From IMG/VR virus record IMGVR_UViG_3300042344_000496, positions 1 through 57,254 of that record: a stretch of 57,254 bases of DNA; one strand, 5' to 3'. The first letter of the stretch is position 1, and each line of letters starts with the position of its first letter. The stretch is from a virus. Taxonomy: Duplodnaviria > Caudoviricetes. Below are positions 57,141 through 57,254 of the stretch, one piece after another. The notes below the pieces were generated by a model. The model did not search any database, was not told the origin of the DNA, and worked only from the letters and a program-made list of their open reading frames with translations. The position numbers were made by a program, and so were the translations under genes.

Positions 57141-57254
57141 ATGTCAGGAATTTTTGATTACATCGATTCAGTACTCTACAAGAATGAAAATCTTGTAATA
57201 GATGAAAGAAATGTTGAATTTAATGGATACATGCTTAATCGCTGGTTGAGCATG
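57141..57254 (+). CDS. Partial CDS; possible clamp-loader small subunit (gp62-like)
   Basis: MSGIFDYIDSVLYK...FNGYMLNRWLSM resembles the gp62 N-terminus; truncated by the window end. Confidence 0.55.
   Translation, partial: MSGIFDYIDSVLYKNENLVIDERNVEFNGYMLNRWLSM

Noticed and set aside
1-57254. Stop-codon reassignment
   Set aside because: Core genes are full length in the standard code, and TAA, TAG and TGA all end genes at tight junctions

Overview
This is a 57 kb segment of an AT-rich, T4-related (Tevenvirinae-like) large myovirus in the standard genetic code. 1-15 kb (minus strand) is a baseplate, tape-measure, tail tube and sheath module followed by the large terminase. 15-24 kb holds a neck protein, fibre and Ig-domain genes and small putative head-internal proteins. 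24-43.5 kb (minus strand) is a T4-type replication/recombination block (gp61, gp45, gp32, gp41, UvsX, gp43, gp46/47, gp55, UvsW, UvsY) with two embedded glycosyltransferases. A ~350 bp non-coding repeat region at 44.1-44.5 kb sits near the switch in gene orientation and base skew and is a candidate origin. 45-50 kb has small proteins, PhoH, a Nudix hydrolase and a P-loop kinase. 50-57 kb is a glycan operon: GT2, GT25, GT6, two methyltransferases, GT11, Fcl/ColC, ColD and Gmd. Main observations: (i) the glycan operon looks able to build a colitose analogue of a blood-group-B-like glycan; (ii) both sigma70-type and late (TAAATA) promoters lie about 5-8 nt from start codons, implying widespread leaderless translation; (iii) a 15-bp hairpin hides a glycosyltransferase start codon and has a late-promoter-like motif in its loop; (iv) a legume-lectin-like domain appears split across two adjacent Ig-domain genes. 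All product calls come from motif recognition by eye, with no database searches.
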